Counted from the first letter of the stretch, positions 15,956 to 27,069 are shown. The stretch: DNA of 64,000 nt from an uncultured Acidobacteriota bacterium (GCA_964420365.1 CAYQTA010000011.1:13031-77030); one strand, 5' to 3'. Program-made: numbers and translations. The notes: generated by a model from the sequence alone, not told the origin.

Positions 15956-17349
15956 CGCCGCTTGAGCCGCGCCCCCCGGGGGGTGTCCTCGACGACCCAG
16001 CCGCGCGCCAGGATCTCGTCCCGCAGGCGGTCCGCCTCGGCCCAGTTCCGTTCCTTCCGGGCGCGGGTCCGGGCCTCGAGCAGTTCGAGCACCTCGGGGG
16101 GCGCCTCCTCGCGCCGTTCCTCGAAGGGGAACAGGGCGCCGACCACCCGGTCGGCCTCCCGCAGGAAGCCGAGCACGACTTCCGCGTCCTCCCGGGAGAC
16201 CTCGCCCCGGTCGAGGCCGGCGTTGACCTCGCGGACCAGCTTGAAGATCTCCCCCATCGCCCCGGAGATGTTCAGGTCGTCGTCCAGGGCCTCGCCGAAC
16301 GCCTCCCGCGCGGCACGCACCCGGTCGTTCCAACGGGCCTCGCCCGCCGACCCCGTCGCCTCCCGCTCGAGCCGCTCGACCAGGTCGTCCACGCGCGAGA
16401 GCTCGGCCCGGGCCTGGTCGAGGGCCTCGAACGAGAAGTTCAGCGGTCGACGATAGTGGGTGCCGAGCAGGACGTAGCGGATGTAGCGCGGATCGTGGCC
16501 CCGCTCCAGCAGGTCGCGCAGGGTGTAGAAGTTGCCGAGGGACTTCGACATCTTCTCCCCGTCGACCACCAGGTGGGCGCAGTGGAGCCAGTAGCGGACG
16601 AACTGCTTCCCCGTCGCTCCCTCCGACTGGGCGATCTCGTTCTCGTGGTGGGGGAACTTGTTGTCGACCCCACCGGTGTGAATGTCGAACGTTTCCCCGA
16701 GGTACTTCATCGACATCGCCGAGCACTCGATGTGCCAGCCCGGCCGCCCCGGCCCCCAGGGCGAGTCCCAGCTCGGTTCGCCCTCCCGGTGCGCCTTCCA
16801 GAGGACGAAATCCGCCGGGTCGTCCTTCGTGTACTCGTCCGCATCCACCCGGGCACCGACGAGAAGCTTGTCCCGGTCGAGCCCCGCGAGCTTGCCGTAG
16901 CCGGGGAAGCTGGCGATCCGGAAGTAGACGGATCCACCCGAGACGTAGGTGTGACCACGCTCCTCCAGGCGCCGGATCAGGTCGATCATCTCCGCGACGT
17001 GCTCGGTGGCCCGCGGGTAGTGGTGCGCCGGCTCGATGTGCAGGGCGCGGACGTCCTCGAAGAACGCCTCCGTGTAACGGGCCGTGTACTCGCGGATGTC
17101 GACCCCGGCCTCGTTGGCCTTCCGGATGATCTTGTCCTCCACGTCCGTGATGTTCATCACGTGAAGGACCTCGTAGCCCCGCCACTCGAGGTGCCGCCGG
17201 AGCAGGTCTTCCCAGGTGTACGCCCGGAAGTTCCCGATGTGGGCGAAGTCGTGCACCGTCGGGCCGCAGGTATAGAGCCCGACCTTACCTGCGACGAGCG
17301 GGTGGAACTCGTCCACCCGCTTCGTCATCGAGTTGTAGTAGCGGATCAT
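15952..17349 (-). CDS. cysS: Cysteine--tRNA ligase
   Basis: Motifs YTCGPTV, HIGNFR, GRPGWHIECSAMS, DIHTGG…FPHHENEIAQS and KMSKSLGN. Confidence 0.97.
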   Translation of the reverse strand: MIRYYNSMTKRVDEFHPLVAGKVGLYTCGPTVHDFAHIGNFRAYTWEDLLRRHLEWRGYEVLHVMNITDVEDKIIRKANEAGVDIREYTARYTEAFFEDVRALHIEPAHHYPRATEHVAEMIDLIRRLEERGHTYVSGGSVYFRIASFPGYGKLAGLDRDKLLVGARVDADEYTKDDPADFVLWKAHREGEPSWDSPWGPGRPGWHIECSAMSMKYLGETFDIHTGGVDNKFPHHENEIAQSEGATGKQFVRYWLHCAHLVVDGEKMSKSLGNFYTLRDLLERGHDPRYIRYVLLGTHYRRPLNFSFEALDQARAELSRVDDLVERLEREATGSAGEARWNDRVRAAREAFGEALDDDLNISGAMGEIFKLVREVNAGLDRGEVSREDAEVVLGFLREADRVVGALFPFEERREEAPPEVLELLEARTRARKERNWAEADRLRDEILARGWVVEDTPRGARLKRR

Positions 17350-17359
17350 GGCCCCGCCG

Positions 17360-20300
17360 TCAGAACTTCAGCTTGAAGGCGAGCTGGAACTGGCGCCCCC
17401 AGCGCCGCCCGGCGACGAGCCGCTCGTAGTACTTCTCGACGCCGCCCTCGTAGTACTTCGTCAACTGGACCCGGTCGATGAAGAGCGTGTCGTCGTTCAG
17501 GAGGTTGAACACGTCGACCTGGACCGTCGCCAGCATGTCCTTGATGTGGAACTCCTTCTGGAAGTTGACGTTGAGCGTCCAGAAGGAAGCGTTCCGGTTG
17601 TCGTTTCGCTGGTGCGAGGGGTAGACCGTCCGCGGCGTGAAGTACGAGAGCGGGATGCCACCGGTGGAGGGCGTTCCGCCCATGAAATACGGGTAATCGA
17701 GCACGTTTCGCTGCTCGACCTTCGAATAGGGCAGCCCGGTCTCGTACCGGAACGAACCGCCGATGCGGAAGCCGCCCCACTTCGGGATGAAGACGCGGCC
17801 GTTGATCCGGACGATGTGGCGCTGGTCGAAGGCGAGCGGACCCTGCTCGTCGTCCGCGTTGGTCGGGTCGTCGCCAAGGCCCTGGTTGAAGTCCTCGGCC
17901 TGGCCCCAGGCCTTCGACCAGGTGTACGACGCCTGCAGCTCCCAGTTCTGGTAGAACCTCCGGGTCACCTCGAGGATCCAGGCCTGGTAGGTCGAGTGGT
18001 TGAAGTTCCCGATGAGGTACACGTTGTTGAACATCGGCGAGATCGGCTGCAGGTCCGCGATCCCGTCCGGCGTGTACTTCAACTGGAGCCTGTGCCACGG
18101 ATCGTTCGGATCCATGTACCAGACCTGCGTTCCGGTGCAGTCGGCATAGGGCCCGATCTTGCGGCATCCACGGCCGACCCGGTTCCAGTAGGCCAGGTCC
18201 TCGGGCGTCAGGTCGTCCCAGTACACCGGCCGGTGGTTGATGTCGGTGTCCTGGAGCTGGTCCCGGTACTGCCGGTGAATGTACCGGATCTTGAAGGACG
18301 TCTCGGGCGCGATCTCGCGCTCGTACCCGACGGTCCACTCGTCGTTGAACTGGGAACGCAGGTTGCGCGCCACCTGGGTGATCGAGAAGGACGAGCTGTA
18401 CTGGGTGTCGAGGTAGACGGTGTCCGGCGTGAGCTGCCGCCGGTAGGCGCGGCTGATGTGCCGGTCCGGCCCCGTCTCGGCGACCAGCGGCGCGAGGAAC
18501 GTCTCCCCGTAGAACCGGCCCCAGCTCCCCCAGACCTTGCTCTTTCCATCCGCCCCCGGGTCCCACGAGATGCTGAGTCGCGGGGCGAGGTTGTTGTTGA
18601 CGATCGAGAACTCCTCGGGAGCGCGGAAGTGCAGGTCACCGTACCGGGAACTGGTCCGCAGCATGCTGCAGATCCGGTAGTTCAGGGCGAATCCGCAGCT
18701 CCCGTTGACACCGGGCGCGTACGGATCGTCCATCGGGTGGGCCGTGAACCGCCAGTAGTTCTGGAGCGTGCAGCGCCGGACGAGCCAGGAGGGAATGTAG
18801 CCGTCCGGGTCGTAGCCGTACTGCCGGTAGCAGGCGCGGACCCCGTCCTCGAAGGCCCCCTGCTCCGTCTTCGGGCTGAACGGGTGGTAGCCGTCCAGGT
18901 CGAACTCCTCGCGGGAGAACCGCAGCCCGACGCTGATCGAGAGGTTCGGCCGCGGCTCGTAGGTGTCATTGATGTAGACCGCGTAGTAGTTCCCCAGGGC
19001 CTCGTGCTCCTGGCCGCGGGGAATGAACCCGTTGATGTTGTAGTAATCGCTCACGTTGTTGGCACTGCCGCCCATGCCCAGCGCACCCGCGTGCTGGACC
19101 TCGTAGTGCTCGACGAACGGGCGGATGTTCTCCCGGTTCCAGTAGCGGACCCGCATCAGCGAGAAACCCGCCTTCACCCGGTGGCTCCCACCGAGCCAGT
19201 CGCTGATGAACTGCTCGGCATCGAGCAGGTAGGACCACCGCTGGCGCTGGTCCTTGTAGGTCTGCCAGAAGGTCCCGCTCCGCTGGGAACCGAGGTTCCG
19301 GTCCATGCAGTACTGCCGGGTCCAGTCGAGACCCGTGATGTACGGATGGTTGGTCGGTTCGTGCTGGGTATCGTCGCGGATGATCGTCGACGCCGGCATG
19401 CAGGCGTTCCGGGCGTTCGGGTCGTAGGGCCGGTACTTCACCTCCATGTCGGAGTAGGCGACGGTGGCCTCGAAGAAGAACGACGAGCTGAACGGGGCCG
19501 TCCAGACGAGCTGGTACGTGGGCCCGCCGCTCTCGTACGTGAAGCCGCTCTCCTTCGGCGTGATCGAGTTGACGCCGGCCGGCTTCACGATCAGCGGGTC
19601 GGCCCGGTACTGGAACTGGAGCTTGTTCTTCGGCGTCACCTGCCACGTGATCTTGTCCGCGCTGCGGACCAGCCGGCGGGTCTGGGTGAAGTTGTTGCCG
19701 CCGATGACCAGGATCGGCACCTGGATCCCCCGGTACTCGTGGCTGATGAAGTACCACAGGTGATCCTTGATGATCGGGCCGCCGAGGGAGAGGGACGGCT
19801 GGAACACCTTGAAGTCCAGCGGATCGGTGTTCCCCGCGGCATCGTTCTCGAACGAGCTGTCGCGCAGGAAGATGTTGAACGTTCCCTCGAACTCGTTGCC
19901 GCCGGACTTCGTCACGACCTTGGCGAACGCGCCCACCGCGCCGCCGTAGGAGGCATCCGCCCCGGAGTCGACGACCTGGATCTCCTCGATCGAGTCGGGG
20001 TTGATCTCCTGCATGAACTGGCCGGTCAGCGGGTCGACGTTGCTGACGTTGTCGACCATCACCTTGAAGTCCCGGTCACGGGACCCGTGCACGTTGGGGT
20101 TCCCGTCGCCGTCGGCGTCGTTCACGCCGGGCGCCAGGGTGAAGATGTTCTCCACGTCCCGCCCCATGATCGGCAGGTCGGACACGAACTCGTCGGAGAA
20201 CTCGGTGGAGGTCGCCGACTTCTCCAGGTCGACGACCTTCCTCTTGGCCTTCACCTCCACGACCTCGGTGATCTGCTCCGTGAGGGCGAGGACCACGTTC

Positions 20301-20635
20301 TGGGTCTGGCCCGCGATCACCCGGACACCGGTCTGCCGCGCGGCCGCGTAGCCGGGCATCTGGGCGACGACGATGTACGCCGAGCCGACCGGGACGACCG
20401 GGAAGATGGCCTGCCCGTTCGCATCCGTCATCTTCGCCGTCTGGGGAAACTGGTGGTTCGCGTCCGCCAGCACGACCGTCGCCCCCGGGAGAGGGGACTT
20501 CTGCCCGTCCTTGGTGACCTCGTAGACGATGACGCGGATCCCGCCGGTGGCACCGGCCAGGACGCGGGTGACGCCCGTCCCCAGCACGAGCGACAGGCAC
20601 AGCACGACAAGACCGAGCGAGCGAAGCCTCATCAT
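17360..20635 (-). CDS. TonB-dependent receptor, Oar-like, with an N-terminal carboxypeptidase-regulatory-like domain
   Basis: Signal peptide MMRLRSLGLVVLCL; PLPGATV…TDANGQA; plug region LAPGV…VDNVSNVDP…EEIQVVDSGADASYG…VVTKSGGNEFEG; C-terminal RQFQLAFKLKF. Confidence 0.88.
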   Translation of the reverse strand: MMRLRSLGLVVLCLSLVLGTGVTRVLAGATGGIRVIVYEVTKDGQKSPLPGATVVLADANHQFPQTAKMTDANGQAIFPVVPVGSAYIVVAQMPGYAAARQTGVRVIAGQTQNVVLALTEQITEVVEVKAKRKVVDLEKSATSTEFSDEFVSDLPIMGRDVENIFTLAPGVNDADGDGNPNVHGSRDRDFKVMVDNVSNVDPLTGQFMQEINPDSIEEIQVVDSGADASYGGAVGAFAKVVTKSGGNEFEGTFNIFLRDSSFENDAAGNTDPLDFKVFQPSLSLGGPIIKDHLWYFISHEYRGIQVPILVIGGNNFTQTRRLVRSADKITWQVTPKNKLQFQYRADPLIVKPAGVNSITPKESGFTYESGGPTYQLVWTAPFSSSFFFEATVAYSDMEVKYRPYDPNARNACMPASTIIRDDTQHEPTNHPYITGLDWTRQYCMDRNLGSQRSGTFWQTYKDQRQRWSYLLDAEQFISDWLGGSHRVKAGFSLMRVRYWNRENIRPFVEHYEVQHAGALGMGGSANNVSDYYNINGFIPRGQEHEALGNYYAVYINDTYEPRPNLSISVGLRFSREEFDLDGYHPFSPKTEQGAFEDGVRACYRQYGYDPDGYIPSWLVRRCTLQNYWRFTAHPMDDPYAPGVNGSCGFALNYRICSMLRTSSRYGDLHFRAPEEFSIVNNNLAPRLSISWDPGADGKSKVWGSWGRFYGETFLAPLVAETGPDRHISRAYRRQLTPDTVYLDTQYSSSFSITQVARNLRSQFNDEWTVGYEREIAPETSFKIRYIHRQYRDQLQDTDINHRPVYWDDLTPEDLAYWNRVGRGCRKIGPYADCTGTQVWYMDPNDPWHRLQLKYTPDGIADLQPISPMFNNVYLIGNFNHSTYQAWILEVTRRFYQNWELQASYTWSKAWGQAEDFNQGLGDDPTNADDEQGPLAFDQRHIVRINGRVFIPKWGGFRIGGSFRYETGLPYSKVEQRNVLDYPYFMGGTPSTGGIPLSYFTPRTVYPSHQRNDNRNASFWTLNVNFQKEFHIKDMLATVQVDVFNLLNDDTLFIDRVQLTKYYEGGVEKYYERLVAGRRWGRQFQLAFKLKF

Positions 20636-20880
20636 GACCTCCCCCAGGAGGACGGCGGGTCGTCCCTGCTCCGCCCCCCGGGCGCTTTTCCTTCCGTCTC
20701 CCGGCCCCGGCTGGGCCGGCATCCCGGCTCCTCTTCCCGACGCAGAAAACACGCCCCAGCCCGGAGGTAAGCCTCCTCCCCGGGCACGGCGAGCCGAACC
20801 ATATACCCCCGCGGTCCCCGCCGGGTCAAGTCGAACCGGCTTTCCGCGGAGTCCGCCCCGCGGCCGGGTGCCGGGACCGC

Positions 20881-22281
20881 CTAGCGGATCCCCAGGCGCT
20901 TCATGCGCTCGTTGAGCGTGGTCGGGCGCATTCCGAGGCGCTCGGCCGCCCGTCGCTGGACCCCGCCGCATTCCCCGAGGGCCCAGCGGATCAGCCGCCG
21001 CTCGTACTCCTCCACCGCCTCGTGGAAGCTCATTCCCGGGGGAAGAGGCGCCTCGTCCCGGGACGCCGGCACCCCGCCCTCCCGGATCTCTTCCGGGAGC
21101 TCGGCGGGCCCGATCACGCTCCCCGGCGCCAGGAGCACGGCGCGTTCGATCACGTTCCGCAGCTGGCGCACGTTTCCCGGCCAGTCGAACCGGACGAGGA
21201 GCCGCATCGCCTCCGGCGAGATGCCGAGTCCCACGCGGCCGTGTTCGTCGGAGCACTCGGCCAGGAAGTGCTCCGCGAGCAGCGGGATGTCCTCCCGGCG
21301 CTCCCGGAGGGCGGGCAGGTGAACCCGGATCACGTTGAGGCGGTAGTACAGGTCCTCGCGGAAGCGCCCCTCGCGGACCAGGTCCTCGAGGCGCTCGTTG
21401 GTGGCGGCCAGGATCCGCACGTCGACGCGAACGGGGCGCACGGAGCCGAGGGGCAGGAACTCCTTCTCCTGGAGCGCCCGCAGCAGCTTCGCCTGGACCG
21501 GCAACGGGATCGTCGACACCTCGTCGAAGAACAGCGTCCCGCCGTCCGCGGCCTCGAAGAGCCCCCGCCGCGCCCGGTCGGCGCCGGTGAAGGCCCCCTT
21601 CTCGTGGCCGAAGAGCTGCGCCTCGAGCAGGTCCGGGGGCAGGTTCGACCCGTTCACCGTGATGAACGGCCCTCCCGCCCGGGGCCCCCGGGTATGGATC
21701 GCCTCGGCGGTCAGCTCCTTGCCGGTGCCGCTCTCCCCCGTGATCAGGACGTTGGTTCTCGCCTGGGCAACCTGCTCGATCAGGCGGTACACCTCCTGCA
21801 TCGGGCGCGCCCTGCCGACCAGCCGCCCGAACCGGTGCCGCTCGGCCAGGGCCCGGCGGAGCCCCGCGTTTTCCAGCCGGAGCCGCCGCTGGGTCAGGGC
21901 GTTCTCGACCAGCAGGATCACCTCGTCGTTCTGGAACGGCTTCACGAGGTAGTGGAACGCGCCCGCCTTCATCGCCTCGACCGCCGTCTCGACCGAGCCG
22001 TGGGCGGTCATCATGATCACCTCGCGGGAAGCGTCCGCCGCCCGGATCCTGCGCAGGAGCTCGAGACCGTCCACCCCCGGGAGCATCAGGTCGAGGAGGA
22101 CGACGTCGACCGGCCTCCGGGCCAGGAGCCTCTCGGCCTCCCCCGCGTCCCGGGCGACCAGGACCTCGTACCCTCCCCGGCGCGTGAGCAGCGTGCCGAG
22201 GACGTCGAGGATCACTTCCTCGTCGTCCACCACCAGGATCGTCGCGCGGGCCGCCGGGCCCGGTGCGTTCGCGGTCGCCAT
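20881..22281 (-). CDS. Sigma-54-dependent response regulator (NtrC family)
   Basis: Receiver domain (LVVDDE, LLDLMLP); AAA+ domain with GESGTGKE, GAFTGA, LFFDEV, FREDLYYRL, WPGNVRQL; C-terminal HTH. Confidence 0.93.
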   Translation of the reverse strand: MATANAPGPAARATILVVDDEEVILDVLGTLLTRRGGYEVLVARDAGEAERLLARRPVDVVLLDLMLPGVDGLELLRRIRAADASREVIMMTAHGSVETAVEAMKAGAFHYLVKPFQNDEVILLVENALTQRRLRLENAGLRRALAERHRFGRLVGRARPMQEVYRLIEQVAQARTNVLITGESGTGKELTAEAIHTRGPRAGGPFITVNGSNLPPDLLEAQLFGHEKGAFTGADRARRGLFEAADGGTLFFDEVSTIPLPVQAKLLRALQEKEFLPLGSVRPVRVDVRILAATNERLEDLVREGRFREDLYYRLNVIRVHLPALRERREDIPLLAEHFLAECSDEHGRVGLGISPEAMRLLVRFDWPGNVRQLRNVIERAVLLAPGSVIGPAELPEEIREGGVPASRDEAPLPPGMSFHEAVEEYERRLIRWALGECGGVQRRAAERLGMRPTTLNERMKRLGIR

Positions 22282-22290
22282 CCGGTCACC

Positions 22291-25098
22291 TCACCCCGTC
22301 CGTGCCCGCCGGCCGGCGACGGCCTCCCGGGCCGCGGGCAGGAGGACCCGCATCCGGGTACCCCGCCCCTCGCCGCTGTCCACCAGGATCTCGCCGCCGT
22401 GCTCGGCAACGATGCTGTAGCTGATGGAGAGGCCGAGGCCCGTCCCTTCCCCCGGTTTCTTCGTCGTGAAGAACGGGTCGAACACCCGGTCCCGGATGGA
22501 TTCGGGAATTCCCGGCCCGTCGTCCTCGACGACCAGGTGGACGCGATCGTCCTCGTCCCCGGAGACGACGACGCGCACGTGACCGCCCCGGCCGACGGCG
22601 TCGAGAGCGTTGAGGAGCAGGTTCATCACGACCTGCTGGAGGCGGGACCTGTCGCCGACGACCACGAGACCCCTCCCCTCCCCGACGACCTCGAGGGAAG
22701 CCCCGGAACGCCGCACGTGGACGGCGAGCAGGCTCGCCGTCTCCTCGGCCAGCTCCAGCAGGTCCACCGGCCCCCGGCCCTGCGCCCGGGCACCCGCCGG
22801 CCGGGAGAGGGTGAGAAGCCCCCGGGCGATGCGCGAGGCGCGGTCCGCCTGGCGCACGATCTTCTCGAGCAACGGCCGGCGGGGATCGTCCTCGCGGGTC
22901 TCCTCGAGCAGGATCTGGGCGTAGGACGAGATCCCCGTCAGCGGCGTGTTGACCTCGTGGGCCACGCCGGCCGCCAGGAGGCCGACCGAGGCCAGCCGAT
23001 CCTGCTGGATCAGGCGTTCCTCGAGGAGAACCTGCTCGGTGACGTCGTCGAGGACCAGCAGGATCCCGTCGTCCCCCGGGGGTCCCTGCAGCGGACTGAC
23101 GACGAGGTTGACCCGGCGTTCGCCACGCCCCGGGGTCGGCACGCGCACCCGGTAGGCCCGGCCCCGGTCTCCCTCGGCCAGGAGCTCCCCGATCGCCCCG
23201 AGGAGGCCCAGGGGAAAGACCTTCCGCCAGTCCCGGCCCAGGACCTCCGCCCGCGCCACGCCGAGGAGGCGCTCGAGGGCGGCGTTCCAGTGGCGGATCC
23301 GGCCTTCCCGATCGATGACGGCCATGCCCATCGGGCTCGACTCGATCAGGGCCTCGGTGCGGGCGGAAAGGCGACGGACCAGCTCGACCTGGGACCGGAG
23401 CTCCTGCAGGTGCAGCGCTCCCGCCACCGCCGAGGCGGCATGGCTCGCCACCGTGCGGAGCAGCTCCAGGTCGTCCGAATCGAGGAGGCTTCCGGCCTTT
23501 CGCGGGCCCGCCGCCAGGACGGCGATCAGGCGCCCCTCGATCCGCAGCGGGACCAGGACCTGCACCCCTTCCCGGTGAAGTCCCGGCACCAGCCGCGGCG
23601 CGCCCGGGATCATGGCGAGGGTCACCGATCGACCCGCCGCGAGCTGCTCGAGGAGATCACCGCCGAGGCGGGCCCGCACCGGCCGGCCGGTCTCCGGGTC
23701 CAGCAGTCGCTCGCCCTCGCCCCGGAGCAGGAGACGGACGACGCCCGCGTCCAGGGCTTCCTTCACCCGGTGCTCCAGGACCCGGGCGATCCGTGGCAGC
23801 TCCTGCTCGGCGGAGAGATCCCGCCCGAGGCGGGCGAGCGCCCGGCGGAAGCTGTACCGGCGCCGGTAGTAGAGCCGCCGGACCAGGTCCCGCGTCCCGG
23901 CCCGGATCGCCGGGGCGAGGGCGGCGGTCCCGAGCACCGCGAAGACGACGGGGAGCAGGCCGGACGGCCGCACGAAGAAGGGAACGACCCAGCGGGCCAC
24001 CGACAGGAGCCCGAGGAACAGGAGCAGGGAGAAACCGAGGGCGGCCACCAGCTCGAGGCCCCGGCGCAGGAAGAACGCCAGGTCCATCAGGCGGTACTCC
24101 AGGACCGCCCCGGTGAACGTGAGCGGGACCAGGCCCAGGGCGGGTACCGCGAGGAAGCTCCACGGCAGCTCCCGGCCCGCGACGATCGCCGGCACGGCCG
24201 CCACGACCAGCCACGGGAGGAAGCCGAGGGTCGTCCCGGCCAGGATCCACCGGTACCGGACCTTCTCCGTCGGGTTGCCACCGCGACGGAACGCGCGCAC
24301 CGCGAGGATCACGAGGCCCGCCAGGAACCCGCAGGCGATCCAGCCGATCTCGAGGCGGGACTGGAGCAGGTCGATCACCGAGACCGGCTCCCGGGCACGC
24401 AGGGCGCCGCCGAGCCCCACCAGGTGCACCTCGGCCAGGAGGAAGGCGACGGGGGGCGCCCACGCGACGGGGAGCCAGCGGCGGGCCCGCGGGCGGCCAC
24501 CCAGCAGGAGGACCAGGTGGATCCAGAGGGCGGGGAACGCGAGACGAGCGACCCGGTCCGCCCAGAACAGGATCCAGTCGATCCCGTCCCCCCGGGAGGA
24601 CCAGGACACGCCGAGAAGGAGGGCCCCCGCGAGGCAGAACATCGCGTGGACGACGAAGCTGCCGCGGCGCCGGGGCCGGGCGAGAACGGCCGCCGCCGCG
24701 GCGAGGAACAGGAGGGCGACCAGGCCGTCGAGGATCCGTTCCGGGTGCCAGCGAACCACCGCCAGCGTTCGCAGGCGCACGTGGTGCGGTGTCCCTTCGC
24801 GAACGAGGGTCAGCCCGAGGGGGGCCCCGGGGCGAACCCGCGCGACCAGGTCCCGGGCAACCCACGCGCGGCGTACCGGCCGCCCGGAGATCGACACGAC
24901 CGCGTCCCCCGGCCGAACGTCCTGTCCGGCCGCCGGTCCGTCCGGGTGAACCTCGGTGACCACCACCCGGCCCCGCTCCTCGCCGAAGGCGAGGCCACAC
25001 CACGGGACGATCTCCCGCCACGTGCGTGCCCACGACACGCCGACCAGGACGACCGCCGCGGCGAGCAGGAGAAGCGGCAGGAGATCACGAGGACGCAT
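22291..25098 (-). CDS. Sensor histidine kinase: PDZ, multi-TM, GAF, PAS, HisKA, HATPase
   Basis: PDZ ([27 protein letters not shown]); about 7-8 hydrophobic segments; GAF/PAS ([17 protein letters not shown]); H-box [11 protein letters not shown]; [30 protein letters not shown]. Confidence 0.88.
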   Translation of the reverse strand: MRPRDLLPLLLLAAAVVLVGVSWARTWREIVPWCGLAFGEERGRVVVTEVHPDGPAAGQDVRPGDAVVSISGRPVRRAWVARDLVARVRPGAPLGLTLVREGTPHHVRLRTLAVVRWHPERILDGLVALLFLAAAAAVLARPRRRGSFVVHAMFCLAGALLLGVSWSSRGDGIDWILFWADRVARLAFPALWIHLVLLLGGRPRARRWLPVAWAPPVAFLLAEVHLVGLGGALRAREPVSVIDLLQSRLEIGWIACGFLAGLVILAVRAFRRGGNPTEKVRYRWILAGTTLGFLPWLVVAAVPAIVAGRELPWSFLAVPALGLVPLTFTGAVLEYRLMDLAFFLRRGLELVAALGFSLLLFLGLLSVARWVVPFFVRPSGLLPVVFAVLGTAALAPAIRAGTRDLVRRLYYRRRYSFRRALARLGRDLSAEQELPRIARVLEHRVKEALDAGVVRLLLRGEGERLLDPETGRPVRARLGGDLLEQLAAGRSVTLAMIPGAPRLVPGLHREGVQVLVPLRIEGRLIAVLAAGPRKAGSLLDSDDLELLRTVASHAASAVAGALHLQELRSQVELVRRLSARTEALIESSPMGMAVIDREGRIRHWNAALERLLGVARAEVLGRDWRKVFPLGLLGAIGELLAEGDRGRAYRVRVPTPGRGERRVNLVVSPLQGPPGDDGILLVLDDVTEQVLLEERLIQQDRLASVGLLAAGVAHEVNTPLTGISSYAQILLEETREDDPRRPLLEKIVRQADRASRIARGLLTLSRPAGARAQGRGPVDLLELAEETASLLAVHVRRSGASLEVVGEGRGLVVVGDRSRLQQVVMNLLLNALDAVGRGGHVRVVVSGDEDDRVHLVVEDDGPGIPESIRDRVFDPFFTTKKPGEGTGLGLSISYSIVAEHGGEILVDSGEGRGTRMRVLLPAAREAVAGRRARTG

Positions 25099-25108
25099 CC
25101 GCAGGCCC

Positions 25109-26992
25109 TCAGAACGCGACCCGCAGGCCGCCGGCCACCCGCGATCGGTGGAGCAGGGCGACCCGGGCCGGGGAGTTCCCGCTGCCGTTCACGTTCTCGA
25201 CCCGCGCCCGGCCGTACCCGAGCAGCAGGTCGCACGCGAAGCCCCGCCCGGAGAGCAGGCCGAGCCGCTGGACCACCTGCACCTCGCGCCGGATCCAGCG
25301 CTCGCCTCCCCCGAGCAGGACCCCGTCCCCGGACCGGTCGAGCAGCTCCTGCCACGTGACCCCGATCCTCGTGCTGCCCTCGAACAGGGCGAGGCCGCCG
25401 GCCAGGGCGACGAGCCGCCCGCGGGCCCGCGGGACCAGCGGGACGAGGGGCGCGTCCCCCGGGAGCAGCGGGAGCGCTCCCCCGGAGAGACGCCCGGTCG
25501 TTCCCTCGAGGTGGAGCGCCACGCCCGCGGGTCCGAGCCGGGTCGTGACCCCCCCGGACCACGTATCGAGCCGGGCCTCCCGCGAGAGAAGCAGGAACGG
25601 CACCCGGCCGGCGAGGCCCGCGGGCAGCGGCCCGGCTCCGCGGTACCGCCGGAAGGACCAGGACCAGGACGAAAGGTCCCGGCCGACACCGACGAGCCAG
25701 GTCGGGGCCGATCCGATCGAACCTCCCGCGGCGATTCCCCCGGCCGCCTCGAGGGACCACCCGTCGCCCGGCCGCCACTCCACCCGGCTTCGGCCGGTCC
25801 ACCGCGTGCCCCGGCCATCGACCGTCAGGCCGTCGAAGGCCACGGACAGGCGCACCGCGCCGGGCAGGGCCCACCCCTTCTCCATGCCCAGCTCCAGCGA
25901 CGTCCCCCCGAGAACCTCGAGCGGCAGGAACTCCCCGGCAACCAGGCCGGCCGAGTACCACTCCTCTCCCCCGGGTCGGCGCAGGCCCGCACGGCGCGCA
26001 TTCCTGAGAACCGCACGGCCTCGGAAGGCCCCGCCGGTCTCGCCACCCCGCCGGAGCTCGAACCCGATGGAGGAGAGGGACGCCGAGCGGCGGGCTCCTT
26101 CCTGGGACTGGCGGAGTGCTCTCCACCCGGCGAGCACCTCCCAGCTTCCCAGCGAACTCTCGCCGCCGAGCCGCCCGAGAACCGCACGCCCGCGCACGTC
26201 CGCCCAGGCTCCGGGACCCGCCGTCTCCCGGCGTCGCGATTCCCGGCGCCAGGTGCTCGCCCGGAACTCCAGGGATGACCGACCGGGTCCCCAGGGACCC
26301 CGCCCGGTCGCGACGAGGCGGTCGGTCCGCTCCAGGAGACCGTCCCGTCCCCGCGCACCCCGGTGGGAGACCGACCCCGCCACCCGCCCGCCGGACGACG
26401 TGGAAGCCGCACCGCGGAGCGCGAGGTCGACGCCCCCGCCCTCGCCCCCGGCGCCGGCGTCGAGGGAGGCCGGCGCCAGGTCGACGGCGAACCGGGGCCG
26501 CGGCGGTACCCCGGCGGGATCGTCCCCGGGACCAAGCTCCTCGAGGACGTCCCGGCCCGGGAGGCGCAACGCCCAGGAACGGTCCGGCACGTCGTTGCCC
26601 GGGGCCCGGGCGGTCGCCGCCGGATGGAGGACCAGCTCGAGGGTTCGCCGGAGCAGGGTGTCGACCCGGTCGACGAACACCGCGTAGCCGCCCTTGATCG
26701 CGACCAGGCGATAGACGCCCGGTCGGATCCCGCGGACGGCGAAACGCCCCCCGTCATCGGTCCGAACCGCGGCGACGGGAGGAGCGACCCGTCCTGCCGG
26801 GGCCAGCCTGATCTCGACGCCGGGCAGGACCCGGCCCAGCGGATCGAGGACGATCCCGGACAGCACCACCGGGTCCCCACCTGCGCCGGCCCGCGCGGGC
26901 ATCCCGGTCCCCGGGAACGCGACGACCAGCACGAACAGCAGGGTGCGCAGCCACGCCCACGCCTGGCCCGGGTGTCCAGGGAACCTCGCCAT
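25109..26992 (-). CDS. Putative outer-membrane beta-barrel protein with an N-terminal carboxypeptidase-regulatory-like domain
   Basis: GGAGG upstream of ATG 26992; signal peptide; LSGIVLDPLGRVLPGVEIRL…TDDGGRF…PGVYRLVAIKGGY; alternating beta-strand pattern; ends VAGGLRVAF. Confidence 0.6.
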   Translation of the reverse strand: MARFPGHPGQAWAWLRTLLFVLVVAFPGTGMPARAGAGGDPVVLSGIVLDPLGRVLPGVEIRLAPAGRVAPPVAAVRTDDGGRFAVRGIRPGVYRLVAIKGGYAVFVDRVDTLLRRTLELVLHPAATARAPGNDVPDRSWALRLPGRDVLEELGPGDDPAGVPPRPRFAVDLAPASLDAGAGGEGGGVDLALRGAASTSSGGRVAGSVSHRGARGRDGLLERTDRLVATGRGPWGPGRSSLEFRASTWRRESRRRETAGPGAWADVRGRAVLGRLGGESSLGSWEVLAGWRALRQSQEGARRSASLSSIGFELRRGGETGGAFRGRAVLRNARRAGLRRPGGEEWYSAGLVAGEFLPLEVLGGTSLELGMEKGWALPGAVRLSVAFDGLTVDGRGTRWTGRSRVEWRPGDGWSLEAAGGIAAGGSIGSAPTWLVGVGRDLSSWSWSFRRYRGAGPLPAGLAGRVPFLLLSREARLDTWSGGVTTRLGPAGVALHLEGTTGRLSGGALPLLPGDAPLVPLVPRARGRLVALAGGLALFEGSTRIGVTWQELLDRSGDGVLLGGGERWIRREVQVVQRLGLLSGRGFACDLLLGYGRARVENVNGSGNSPARVALLHRSRVAGGLRVAF

Positions 26993-27069
26993 CCACGCCT
27001 CCGGGGTCATTATTCCATGAATGCCGGGCCGGGGGGCGGCGCAGCCCGAGGCCCTATATTGGGAATGGC

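Noticed and set aside
2614-17349. Functional link between tRNA-Cys and cysS
   Set aside because: They are about 13 kb apart, separated by unrelated operons, and I saw no T-box or other linking element.
20636-20880. Sigma-54 (-24/-12) promoter upstream of the TonB receptor
   Set aside because: The only GGCAC in the right orientation has the wrong spacing to GC and no TTGC.
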